From the NCBI GenBank assembly GCA_030390025.1, contig CM059433.1, positions 21,392,001-21,456,000 of the forward strand: a DNA stretch of 64,000 bases. The letters are read 5' to 3'. Under the pieces are notes generated by a model, which saw nothing but the letters and a program-made list of their open reading frames with translations, did not search any database and was not told the origin of the DNA. A program made the position numbers and the translations under genes. Shown here one piece after another: positions 1 to 12,715 of the stretch (positions are counted from its first letter, which is position 1; every line of letters starts with the position of its first letter). The DNA comes from Squalus acanthias (taxonomy: Eukaryota).

Positions 1-2171
1 ACCTTTAAAGCATTTGACAATGGCTCAGAATCTGCTGAAGAAATAGCGGCGTCTGAACGACACACACCGTTATTAACGTACAAATTGACCAGCAACTTGT
101 AGCCAGGAAGAGATACCCTGTGAATTGCGAATCGCCCCAAGGTGCCAGATGATTTGCGCCGCTCTGCCGTTAGCTTCGCAAAAACAGCATCTCGCCCTTA
201 ACCTCCCTGTGATTTTCATGAAGTTGCTGCATTTGCATTTGCCCGTTAAACTCACCACAAACTGTTAGGTCTAGTAATTAACAGCTTAAGTACCCTTTTA
301 ACAACATGATAATTGTTAATGACTGCCAATCATCCTCTCTTGCCCAGAAAGCAAACAATTCAAAGTGTGGAGTCTCATTCCTTCAGGTTGTGAATTGTTG
401 TTGGAGATTTTAAAAATGTCAAATATAAAATTAAAACAAAAATTCTTACTTTTCTTTTCTGACTCTCTGGCCGTGATTTCGCCAGCCGTGGCAAGTCCGG
501 TGCGGTCGGAGTAGACAGTGGCTTCAAACTCCGCACCCGTCTTCATTCCGCTGCCTCCAAGTGATTTTGCCCTGATTGGGCTTGTTAAGCCTACCCTGCA
601 AGGTTCCCGGCCAATTAAAAGGAAGCGGGTCTGATGACATTATCTGATGACGCGTCATCAGTCGGTTTCCTTAAAGGGGCCATGTCCACATTCATTTTGA
701 CAGTGGTGCTGTCAGTATTCTACAGCATTGAGGTGCTGCAAACACTGACAAGCACTGCACAAAGGTGCACGGCTGTACCCAGGCTCTCCCATGACTCCCT
801 CCATATGCTTATGGAGGGAGTCACAGCACGCAGGGAGGTTCTCTTCCATTCCAATGGGTGGTAGAGACCTCCCCAGGACACCAACGCTGCCTGGTTGCAC
901 ATTGCACAGGAGGGCACAAGCAGGGATGTTGTTAGGAGGACCAGGCTGCAGTGGCGCCAACCTTTCAATGATCTCAGTAGATCACGAAATGTTACTGCAA
1001 AGCCACACTCAACCTCATCCTGCTGTGCCACTCATCACATCCCCATCACTCTGCCTTCCCTACCCTATTCCTGCACATCCTTACACCAACTTACCTTGCA
1101 CCTCCACCTATCCCTCTCTATCTATATTATCACAAATCTGGCCATGATGAGGCCATCGCTGGTGTCCCGGGCAGCAATGTGCACGGGTGATGATGCCCTG
1201 TGTCAGTGCAGCATCAGTTGATTGCGGAGAAGGTTGGTGTGGATGTTGGTGCTGCTGGTGTGCCCGGTGATGCTGGTGTTGGGGCTGATCGTGGTGGGAT
1301 TCTGAACCAAGGTGAGATTTTTTCAAGGGCACCAATGCTGATGGAATAGATGGCAGCTGAGGTTGAGAATCTGTCAATGTCGAGATACGTTGTTCCAAGG
1401 AGGTGACAGTGGATAGAGAGATTACTCCATAACACTTCAAAAGTGCATAAAACTCAAAAGTGGGTTCCAAATCATTAATGCTCCAGCTTCTAAGATTGGG
1501 AAGTGAACAGCTGTGAAATGGTAGGTTTTAGACCACTTTTGCAGCTTTCACCTATTCACAGTAATCCACAGTCATTGAGAACCCGATATACTTACCTGAC
1601 GTGATAGCCGCTCTCCAGGAACCTCGATGAAAACCTGGTAAAATGGTAAGTACATGGGGAAATGGTTCTTAACTTCCTTTTAATAAGCTTTTAACTATCT
1701 AAATTGGCTGACCCGCCGCTTGGTGTCGGGTCTGTTCAGGGATGACAGACCCGGCACTTGGGAAACTGGCAAGGAGGCGGGTTTACAGCGGGATACCGCC
1801 CCGCTGTCAATCTTTGTGATTTTGACAGCGGACTCGCCTCCAAACCTGCACTATGAGCGCCTCTCTGTCTCTCTCAATCCAATATTTATTTGCCTCTCTT
1901 TCTGTACCTGATTTGACATTAAATTCACCCACTCTAATTCACCCTCCTTCCTCTAGTTATTTCCCAATCCTTTAATCTCATTGGTTGAGGAGATACAGTG
2001 TTTGTCCTGTTGTTCACCTAGTCCCCAGATGCCCCATTGCCCTCGCTGTGCCGTTATCAGCAGCACTTCCAGCAACTTTGTGGGCAAAATTTTTTAAAAC
2101 CTAAACGTGTACGAACAAGTCTAACTGACAGGGCACGCTGCAAGATGCCCCGCTCCAGAAAAATCTGGGCC
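1..2171 (+). mobile_element. Harbinger-type MITE family B (host of 469-1861; left end outside window or decayed)
   Basis: Flanks of 469-1861 join into sequence homologous to 29464-30221; ends AAAATCTGGGCC|AAT. Confidence 0.75.
469..1861 (+). mobile_element. Non-autonomous Harbinger derivative (family A), nested in a family B MITE
   Basis: Left TIR GGCCGTGATTTC; TCT on both flanks; Myb/SANT-like remnant (PRLSHDSLHMLMEGVTARREVLF...WRQPFNDL) on +; transposase-terminus-like remnant (AARDTSDGLIMARF) on -; right TIR collapsed. Confidence 0.85.
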
Positions 2172-2174
2172 AAT

Positions 2175-2645
2175 AAGTCAAAAGAAGTTCTTCTAAGCTT
2201 GCATAGATCATTGGCGTGGCCACATATTGAATGATATGCAGTGTTGTGCACCTTACTTCCAAAGTGACATTGATGTATTGAGAGGGTTCAGAGAAGAATA
2301 AAAAAGATGCTATTGGAATCTGGGCTGTAGGTTATCAGAAGATACTCACGGAAGCTGAACTTGTTTTCATTTGAGAAAAGATTACAGAGGGACATGATAC
2401 AGGTTTTTAGAATGATGAGAGTCAATTTTGATGTAAGCATGGAGTTTGTGTGCAGAGTACCAGAGAAAACAGTTTTAATGTTCAGCCTCAAGCAAGACCA
2501 GAAATTAGTATAAATATGTTTCTTACTGAGCAGCAGATATGTGGAATATATTCCAATAGATGCTGAGCTCATGAACTCCTTCAAGTAGGAGCACGATAAA
2601 TATCTCATTGAGAATGGGATTGGAGATTACAGGAATAGGTGTAAA
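2175..2645 (+). mobile_element. Old decayed CR1 3' fragment
   Basis: Residual RPHIE, ERVQRR and RGDMIQVF-like motifs. Confidence 0.6.
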
Positions 2646-3124
2646 CTGATAGAGGGTGAGGGGCAACAGGGAAATGTTGAGGTTGGGCGATAGGGCAGCA
2701 GGCAAAGATTGAACAGTGGAGATGGGGCATCATCATGACTAGAGGTTTCAGTGGAGTTCAGACAGCTGAGAATCCAACAGACTTGGGGAGATTTCCTTTG
2801 TGTGATAGTTATAGTGAAATCATAAACTTTTTTTCATTAAGAACAGGTTTATGATTTAGCTGAACCCAGACCACAGATAAAATCTCTCCCCACTTGATAT
2901 TGGTCACAGCAATAATAACAGAATAATGCAATGAAGGGAAGTTCTTTACCAAGATAATTGAGAGAGTTAGTGGAGAAATGCCACAGAGAAATAATGGAAG
3001 ACAGTTGAGGCTTCAGTCCCGACAGTAGATATATTCCTGAAGTAATTACTTCCAAGCTCCATTCAGTGTGGTGTCTTTAACTGATGACTTGGTGGGCTGA
3101 ATCAATAATCTCACAAACATAAGG

Positions 3125-3290
3125 CTGTCTCTCTCTACCCCCTCTCTCTAAATTTAACTTTTTCTCCCCCTCCCCCTTTGTCTATCTCCTTCTCTCCCTT
3201 TCTCACTATCTTCTTCTTGCTTTTTCTCTCTCTCTGCCTCTCTCACTTTTGCGCTCTGTCCCTTTCACTCTCCCCTGCATTCTCCCCCTG
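3125..3290. repeat. Degenerate CT-rich low-complexity tract
   Basis: Almost pure pyrimidine on the + strand. Confidence 0.8.
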
Positions 3291-5929
3291 ACTCAGAGCT
3301 GTGCCCTGGCAGGTAGTTACAGAGAGTCTAGACCAGCCAGCTTTGGAATGGCTTAGCTAGAAAAGGGAGCCTATGTCTGGGGTAATAATAAGATGGCATC
3401 TTTCTTGTTTTTCCAATAGCTGAGGAGTAAAGAATAATTGGCAGTGAAAGTTCACTATTGTTGATTCATGTATATTATGTAAAATAAACCAGTTTCTTAG
3501 TTTGACGTTGTGCCTCATCTTAATAGAGTACTTTTCAATCCAACTTCCAAATAAAGAGGAGAATGCATGTGGCGAGTTGTCTGATATTTCAGTAGCTGGT
3601 ATACAGAGCAAGGGTTCTATGTTATAATCCCCAGGTTGTGCTATCATCTATCAGATCATAGGGGTAGCAAGGTCCACTTCTGGAGATGACTAATGATGCT
3701 GAACCCATGTGAATACCTATTACAAAAACACAAAAATTGTTACAATATAATAAAAAATACACTTGAAATGTGTACATGATGAATCAGTGCCATTAGCAAA
3801 GTTGGAAAAGGAAAATGAGTTGGTTGTGATTACTAATCATTTGCTAAAAGTTTCTAGTGCAAACCATCATTCACAACTAATCCAATACCATGAGGCATCT
3901 CAAGAGTATTTGATTAAACGTCAATACAAGCTATTATAACCTTGATAGATTGTTGGCGATGCCACATTGCAATTTGCAGCTTTGAAGATCTTGCCTTCAG
4001 AATAATATGATGCATTGGTGAAGGTTAAGAGAAGGGCAATAAAAATGATTTCAGGAGTATGAAGAGAGATATACAGAACAATTTATATTAATTGGAGAGA
4101 AAACCGAGGAGCCCACGTGGTTCATAGTTTTTAAAATGGTGAGAGGAATGGTTATCAGCACATTACTAAACCTGGAATGTGAGCAGAGAGCTGGAAGGCA
4201 TGAATAAAGAATTCGACAGCCTCAGGCAGGATTAATTATAAAATGGAAACTTTCTTTCACGGAGTGGTGGATAAAATGATCAGTGAAAGCAATTGATGCT
4301 GATTAACTTCTTCAAAAAAATAACTGGATGAATGCCTGGTTAAGAATGAGATTGAGGGTTATGTGGAATAGGATGGACAGAGATATTCAAACACGCTGTG
4401 GAACACAGCCCTTTACTGCTGTGATCAAAGAAGCATCTTCTGTGGAAAGCAAGCAGCCAGAGTTGAGTAGAGAGAATGTGGCATTGGATTAAGTTTTGCT
4501 TGATTACCTGTGGGAGTCTGAAGAAAGTTTTGCAGAAATTTCTGTAAGGATGTTAGGTTGGGTAGATTGCACATGGTCTGTGGAGGGTGCAGACTCGGTG
4601 ACTGAATGTCATTTTCTTGTTCCATACTTTCTTGCATTAAATAAAAAATAGTTCTCCAAGAAAATATCCAGACCAAAATAGACATTTTGTTATTTTGGTA
4701 AAAAGATTCCAAAGTGCAACCCCATGGAGCCCTCTAAAGGGAATAATATCTCCCAAAAGTAATGTTCAATAGCTGAACTATAAAATAAATGCAACTGCTG
4801 CATCTTCCTCCACCCCACCACCACTGCTCCCGAGATGAACACACAACTGTTCAATAGTTTTGCATGCTGCGATGCAGTAAAACCAGTGTTTACAGTGAAC
4901 CATTCAAATGCAGAATGACTGCAAGAGTTTCTCGAGTGTATTGATTAGTGTAAGCAAGTTGCTTTGAAAGTCACTGTTTGGAATGACTTGCAGAGTTCCC
5001 ACTATTTTTTTCCACTGAAACTCCATAAAACTCAGTGAATAAGAGAACTAATCGAATAAACCCACTTTTATTCGTTGGCTGTTTTAATTGCTTTATGTAA
5101 CATCATTTGTTTAGATGTACTGAGGCTGCATGTTGTCATCTCTGTAACCCTGCAGTGTGTGACGGAAGAACTAATTGTTGAAGAGTCGGAAAGATTTCAG
5201 TTGACTCAGTCGTACCCTTGCTTTGTTGATCTGCAGCTCCACCCGAAGCACTGAAGCTAATGCCAAGTGTTCACGTTCCATAGTAGTGTTGGAAGATATG
5301 ATCCGGCCAATTGCACAGTCTTTCCAGACTGATGTAAATCCCAGCTTCAAAATTAATAAATGCTGGTGACAAAAATTCATAAATACTGTCATTTCAAGAT
5401 TTGATTTAAGTGTAAAAGTCTCAGCAGGAAAAGGTTGAAAGAACGTATAGATCAACTCAATGGACAAAACCTGGAAGAAATTATAGCAATTAGTGGGACT
5501 TGCAAGAGCATTAAGTAACATTGATGGAATGATTGCTATCAGGTTCTGTTAGTTGAAGGCTAGGAGGGGGAGATGATTGGATAGCAGCCTCACATCGCAT
5601 GAATACACTTTTCACATATTTGTACCATATTTGGCACAGGCTAATATTTGTTCAGTGCCTCTGAGCCTTCTGAATGAAATTGCCACTGTAGCATCAATTG
5701 TTGCCAAATTACATGTGATTTTTCATTGTGGGCCAATGTCTACTGGAACTAAAATTCGACAGGGGTTCTCCTGAGCTTGCTTCATAATTTCAGTGGGAGA
5801 TCAGCAAACCACCCCCCACCCCCAGAGAAAATGTGCAAACTGCTATTTACGCCATTTCCTTGGGGACTCCGTCGGTTTCTCGTTAGAGTGGAGAATCGCC
5901 AGAGAATTTCAGAGCCCCCACGTTCAGCT

Positions 5930-6203
5930 TACAACCATCAGACAGAGGAGCATGGGGGGAGATATAGAAGGGATGTCCGAGGTAGATTCTTTACTCAGAG
6001 TGGTTGGGGTGTGGAATGGACTGCCTGCTGTGATAGTGGAGTCGGACACTTTAGGAACTTTCAAGCGGTTATTGGATAAGCACATGGAGCACACCAGAGT
6101 GATAGGGAGTGTGATAGCTTGATCTTGGTCTCGGACAATGCTCGGCACAACATCGAGGGCCGAAGGGCCTGTACTGTGCTGTACTGTTCTATGTATTCTA
6201 TGT
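5930..6203 (+). mobile_element. CR1 3' fragment
   Basis: RVVGVWNGLPAVIVESDTLGTFKRLLDKHM; (TTCTATG) tail. Confidence 0.85.
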
Positions 6204-6883
6204 ATTTTATCAGGCCAAGCCGTGAATCCATGCTCTGCATCTTGTTGCTTTATTTTTGGGACTTCAGGGGACAGTGCAGATATGACTCTTTTTTTAGGAC
6301 ATTTGAAATGCTTAGGCAAATAAAATATATGTCAATTAGCATTTGGCTTGAGTAAAATGAATTGTTCACAGACATTCATTATCAAATTATTCCTAACTGT
6401 TCAAAGTAAAAGGGGCAAGGAATGGGCATGTTGTCATATCACAAGTGTACAGATTTCAGATCCACTTGCATTTTATAATTACATGTGGCAGGAGAGTAGA
6501 TAATTATGCCAACTGTTTAAATGGTATATATGCCGCAATCTTAGTGTGCAAGATATCACACAGCTGCTACGTACTGAAAAGATAGCAAGGCTCAACTTTT
6601 GGTGCCAAGTGCATTCTCCGAATAGTCATCATCAGCAGCCAAACAAATGTTTAGTCCTGTTTATAGTTTGTTGTTGAGGCCTACTTTAATTGACAATTAG
6701 TAATTGTAGAGATTAATGCTCCTGTAGTTTTTAGTTTGATCTTATGTATAATTGCTCTTAGCACTTTTACCATAAGCAATCCGTCAAAAAGAAAGTATTA
6801 TAATACTTCTTTTCAGGGGCAGGGTATATTGCTGGCTACATTCATTTGCAATCTGATTTCCTCCAAAACTCATCGATCTCATG

Positions 6884-7008
6884 TGTACATAAACGGCAGT
6901 GTGTAGATATGCAAGCGCACGCGGAAATCCGGAACTTGCGGGGACCTTCAAAGGGAATACGACGGCGTAGTCAAAGTACGCCATCGCAGTCACCGCAATT
7001 TCAGGGCC
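6884..7008 (+). mobile_element. Family C-related MITE right-end fragment
   Basis: aaatccggaacttgcg motif shared with 25282; ends CAATTTCAGGGCC. Confidence 0.55.
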
Positions 7009-7301
7009 ATTATGTGCACCTCAACTAGACTGAGGTTCTTCCAAATTAGTTCTAACCTTAAAATAGTGACAACGACAAGCAGAAAATCTTTATATACTTT
7101 ATGATAAATTTTGCTTTCATCAAGGTGAGGCAACTCAGTACCAGAAAATAGGACTTCCACTTCAGGTATCAGTGTCAAAATCAAACATTCCCAAATCAGG
7201 TAGAAGACACATTAGATGCTCATTCTACCGCATCTCATCAATAACCCCCATCCTATTTTGCAACATTGTAACATTTTTCCATTTCTCTAACCACAATCTT
7301 A

Positions 7302-7738
7302 AAGAAAGGACTTGGATTTATAGAGTGCCTTTCACATTCATATGATGTTCCATAGTGCTTTACAGCCAATTCATTACTTTTTTTTGGCACTGTGGTCACC
7401 GTTGTTTTGCAGACAAACATGGCAGCCAATTACCGCACAGCAGGGAGATGAATTATCAGCTTTTGGTTTTGTTGGTTTAAGGATAAATGTTAGCCAGGAC
7501 ACCAGGAGAATGCCCCTGCTCTAGTTTGAATGGTGCTATGGGGTTGTTTGCATCCACCTGAGCAAGCAGGCAGGGCCTCCATTCAAAATCTCATTCAAAA
7601 GATGACACTTTCAACAATGCAGTGCTCCCTCAGTGTTAAACTGTCAGCCTAGATTATGTGCTCAGGTCCTGGAGTGGTTCTTGAACCCATGACCTTATGA
7701 CTCAGCGGTAAGAGAACTAGCAACTGAGCCAAAGTTGG
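7302..7738 (-). mobile_element. SacSINE1-like SINE
   Basis: Reverse complement of 52062-52530, diverged. Confidence 0.8.
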
Positions 7739-8344
7739 CATTTCATATGGCCAAGGTTCACAACTCATTGGTTAGGGAACTATGGGCATAGATCTACATG
7801 CTGCCAATCCTTCCCAAGATCTTATCTCAAGGATAGGTGTTTTCCTGGAGGGAGAGAACAAGAGAACATTTACAAATTTGTGCAAAATTTGGGTCTTTTT
7901 TGCATTGAGGCTCATGTCCACGAGAAACTGGATTGAGACAGCTATATATTTAATCAATAAAGTGCTGCAGAATATGAAGGTATAGATCACTAGTTACTGA
8001 AAGATTCTTAAGGAACACTGTGCCTTCTCCCTTATGGTCCAAACTTAGGCTGTTGTTCACCTATATCACACAATGATGTAAAACGCAATAGCACTAGTAC
8101 AACAGATTTCCAGATTGAGTTGGAGAAGTTCACCATCTGCCCACTGCCTATCCCGAAATCACTTCAAGATATAAATCCAATGTTGTTCTTGACCCCTCTG
8201 GAAAAACATCTTTAGATATATATGAGGTGTAAGCAGGAAGTGGAAATTGACTTGACGGCTCTTGTGGAGAAAAACACCTGCACCGACTTGATGGATCGAA
8301 TGGCCTGTTTCTCTGCTGTAATGTCCTAGAATTCTATAACTACT

Positions 8345-9773
8345 CTCTCAATTCAGGAATTGTCCCCTTGGATTGGAAAATTGCCAAGGTCACTCCATTA
8401 TTTAAGAAGGGTAGGTGAGCTAAACTAGGGAATTATAGGCTGATTAGTCTAACATCAGTTGTGGGGAAGTTACTAGTCTGTGATTAGGGACAAAGCATTT
8501 GGACAAATATGAGCTGATCAGAGAGAGCCAGCATGGATTTGTTTAGGTAAGTCAAGTCTAATGAATCTAGTTGAAATTTTGATGAGGTAACAAACGTGGT
8601 AGATAAGGGAGCGTCTATGGATGTTATTTATATGGACTTCCCGAAGGCATTCGACAAGGTTCTACATAAGAGACTGTTAATAAAAATGAGAGTGCATGGA
8701 ATTGAAGACAAGGCTTGGATAAGGAATTGGTTCGGAGGTAGGAGATAGAGAGTAGGGATAATGGGTGTGCACTCAAATTGGCAGGATGTGACTAGTGGTG
8801 TCCCCCGGGGATCTGTACTGGGGCATCAGCTTTTCGCTATATTTATAAATTACTTGGATGAAGGAATAGAGAGGCATATATCTACGTTTGCTGACAACAC
8901 TAAGTTAGGTGGCACAGTAAATAGCGTAGACGGGAGCAGAAAGTTGCAAAAGGAAATTAATAGATTAAGTGAGTGGGCAAAACTGTGGCAAATGGAGTTC
9001 GCTCTGGGAAAGTGTGAAGCCATCCACAAAGATAGATCTATTTTCTAAATGGCAAGAAGCTCGGAACTGTGTCTGTGCAGAGAGATTTAGGGGTCCAAGT
9101 ACAGCAATCACTAAAAGCTCGTGGACAGGTACAAAAATTAATTAAAAAGCTAATGGAATGTTGGCCTTTATCTCAAGAGGGCTGGAATACAAAGGAGTGG
9201 AAGTTATGTTACAGTTATATAAAGGTCTGGTTAGACTCCATTTAGAGTAGTGTTCAGTTCTGAAACTACACCTCAGGAAGGATATATTGGCCTTGCAAGG
9301 ACAGATTCACCAGAATGATACCGGGGCTAAAAGAGTTAAATTATGAGGACAGGTTGCATAGCCTAGATTTGTATTTCCTTGAATATAAAAGATTAAGGGG
9401 TGATCTAATTGAGGTGTTTAAGATGATCAAAGGAGTTGATAGGGTCGATAGAGAGGAGCTATTTCCCCTAGTGGGGGAGTCCAGAACAAGGGGGCATAAC
9501 CTTAAAATTAGAGCTAGGCCATTCAGGAGTGGTGTCAGAAAGCACCTCTTCACACAGAGGGGTAGTGGAAATCTGGAACTCTCTCCCCCAGAAAGCTGTT
9601 GAGGCTGGGGGACAATTGAAAATTTCAAAACTGAGACTGATAGATTTTTGTTAGGTAAGGGTATGAAGGGTTACAGAACCAAGGCGGGTGGATGGAGTTA
9701 AGATACAGATCAGCCATGATCTAACTGAATGGCAGAACAGGCTTGAGGGGCTGAATGGCCGACTCCTGTTCCT
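8345..9773 (+). mobile_element. 5'-truncated decayed CR1
   Basis: RT motifs SGVPRGSVLG, FADN, RGDLIEVFK; CR1 3' UTR cagatcagccatgatc. Confidence 0.9.
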
Positions 9774-10059
9774 CAGTAACTGTAAATACACAAATACGGC
9801 AAACCACAATGAACTGTTACAATGAGCAAAACATTACTGTCCTAGGAACCCAGAGGTCATGAGGTCAAATGCCACCACAAGAAATTGTGCAATTTAATTC
9901 AACGAATCTGTTCATTAGTGGGCTGATACCAGAAAAAAAAATGAGAATGGATGTAACCAATTGTCGTAAAAACCCAACTGGTTCAGTAATGCTCTTCGCA
10001 GAAGGTAATCTGCTACTCCTACCTTGACTAGCCTACACATGACTCCAGCCCCACACTAA

Positions 10060-11844
10060 GGCCGCGATTTCACCAGCGGAGGCAGGATCGTGGCGGGAGA
10101 GGTGGTTGGCGGGTTCTGGTCCCGTTCACAGCTGCAGCCGCTCTGTGAAAAGGATTTTCCATTAATAGGGCCTGTTAAGCCCGCCCTGCAGGGTTCCCGG
10201 CCAATTAAAAGGAAGCGGGTCTGATGACGTCATTTGATGACACGTCATCAGCCGGTTTCCTTAAAGGGACCACGGCCACATTGATTTTGACAGTTGTGCT
10301 GTCAGTGTTCGACAGCATTGAGGTGCTGCAAACACTGACAATCATTGCACAAAGGTGCACGGCTGCACCCAGGCTCTCGCATGACTCCCTTCATATGCTT
10401 ATGGAGGGAGCCACAGCATGTAGGGAGGTTCTCTTCCCTTCCAAGGGCAGAAGAGACCTCCCCAGGACACCAACATAGCCTGGTTGCACATTGCACAGGA
10501 GGGCACAAGCAGGGATGCCATCGGGAGGACCAGGCTGCAGTGATGCAAACCTTTCAATGATCTCAGTAGATCATGAAACGTTACTGCAAAGCCACACTCA
10601 ACCTCATCCTGCTGTGCCACTCATCACATCCCCATAACTCTGCCTTCCCTACCCTACTCCTACACATCCTTACTCACACCAACTTACCTTGCACCTCCAC
10701 CCAGCCCTCTCTATCTACATTATTACTTCCCCATCTCACTAGCCACCCCTCACACTCACCCTCATCTGAGTGCAATCATACCAACTAACAACACACAAGA
10801 AGGCCACTTGGGAGTTTTATGCAATGTTCATGTAAATTTTCTTTTAATGTGTTGTCAAACATTGAAACCTTTATTTTCAACACTTTACCTTATTGTACAG
10901 ATCTGTGCTCACCTTTGGAAGTGTCTTAGTGAGTTGCAGTGAATGGTGACACATAACGGTATCCCCTGCAATGGTGATGAGTGTGAAAGGAATGGCTTGG
11001 TCATTGTAGGAATGCTTTATGGTGATGGTGTGGGGTGGTGCCAACCTGACGCATCATGTGGCAGCCAGGGTGTAAAGTGTCAAGTGAAGTAAATCTGGCC
11101 ATGGTGATGCCATTGCCTGGCCTCCCGGGCAGCACTGTGGTTGGGTGCTGATGCCCTGTGTCCTGTGCAGCATCAGGTGATTGCGGAGAAGGTTGGTATT
11201 GTTGTTGGTGCTGTTGGCGTGCCTGGTGATGTTGGTGTTGGGGCTGATCATGGAGGGATTCAGAGGACCAAGGTGAGATTTTTTCAAGGGCACCGATGTT
11301 GTTGGAATAGATGGCAACTGAAGTTGAGATGACAGAAGCGATCTGTCAATGGTGAGAGAGCTTGCTCCAAGGAGGTGACAGTGGACAGAGAGTTTACTCC
11401 AAACACTTCCAAACTGCATACAGCTCAAAAGCATCTTCCAACTCCTGAAGGCTCAAGCCTCTGACATTGGAAAGTGACGAGCTGTGAAATGATAGCTTTC
11501 ATACCACTTTTGCAGCTGTCACCTATTCACAGCAATGGGGAGACATAGAAAACCAACCTACTTACCTGACGTGATCTCCGAACGACGTGAACCCCGTTAA
11601 AAATGTGGTAAAATAGAAAAAGGCTAGCAAAATAGTCGTAAACAAGCACTTAACAAGCAGTTAAGTATCTTAAATGCCTCCCCTGCCGCTTGGTGTCGGG
11701 TCTGTTCTGAAATCGCAGACCCGACACTTTGGAAACTTACATGGAGGCGGGTTCGGAGCGGATTTCCAACCCGCTGTCAATCATTTCGATTTTGACATCA
11801 GATCCGCCTCTAAACCCGCACTCAGCGGCGGCAAAATTCAGCCC
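10060..11844 (+). mobile_element. Non-autonomous Harbinger family A, longest copy
   Basis: Ends GGCCGCGATTTC and GCAAAATTCAGCCC; interrupts a LINE-tail repeat (ccacacta|...|ctacatggttgactc); carries the Myb/SANT remnant (+) and transposase remnant with AATAAA-bearing 3' region (-). Confidence 0.88.
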
Positions 11845-12715
11845 TACATGGTTGACTCTTAATGCCCTTTGAAGTGTCTTAGCAAGCCACTCATTTGTAA
11901 CAAAAATGGATCACGTCAAGAAATAGGATACATTCTCAGGATAGCTCGGGATGGAAAATAAATGTGGCCTTGCTAGCATTGCCCACTTCCCAAGAACAAA
12001 TACTTAAAACATCAGTGTGCTTGGGTGAAAAGTTCTGTACTGTTTTGCAAACTGGCTTTACGATATATTATTGGCTTAGTTCATTCAGTATGACATAGAA
12101 TATTCCAGCTGCTTACAACATCTTCTGATTTTGATGCAATCTTTGAAAGAAAGAAAAAAAAAGTCTGTGTTCCTTCAGTGCTAGTTTTTCAAAGTTCTGT
12201 GTTTCCAGTCTAACTTTTCTTTAAAAAAAAAATAGAAGTAGCATGTACCCTTAGCTCCAGAATGGACTACACTTTTAATTAGTTTACAAATAAGTTTTGT
12301 AAAAAAAACCCGAACTACCATTACCAACTCATTCTGAATCAGACTGACAAATACGATAATTGAACCTATGACTTCTGTAGCTTGGCTCATTTAGTTGCAG
12401 ACTCACTTTTGACTCAATCTGTTGTGGGTTGAAGCTCCTTTCTACAACTTGAATGGTAACTGTTGCACCAACGAAGTTATTATCCTTTAGATGAAATGTT
12501 AAACTCATCTGACTGTTCAAGTGCATTTTAAAGATCAAAGTCCTATTTGAAGAAGGAAAGCAAATTCCTCCAGTGTCCTGACAAAAATTCATCCGTCAAC
12601 CAACATTACCAGAAGCAAGCTAACTCATCATTTGACTGCTTTTTTGGGGGATCTTGCTTTGAGCAAATTGGCTGCAACATTTGTCTACACATTTACTGCA
12701 CCTCAAAAATATAAT

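Noticed and set aside
5155..5180. VCDGRTNC, LDL-receptor class A-like peptide
   Set aside because: Immediately followed by a stop; likely chance.
6925..6990. RNLRGPSKG peptide resembling the preceding CSMD1 exon (SNLRGPSG)
   Set aside because: Lies in a MITE end repeated at 25282 and 62915; no TSPNYP or CVW motif and no suitable splice sites.
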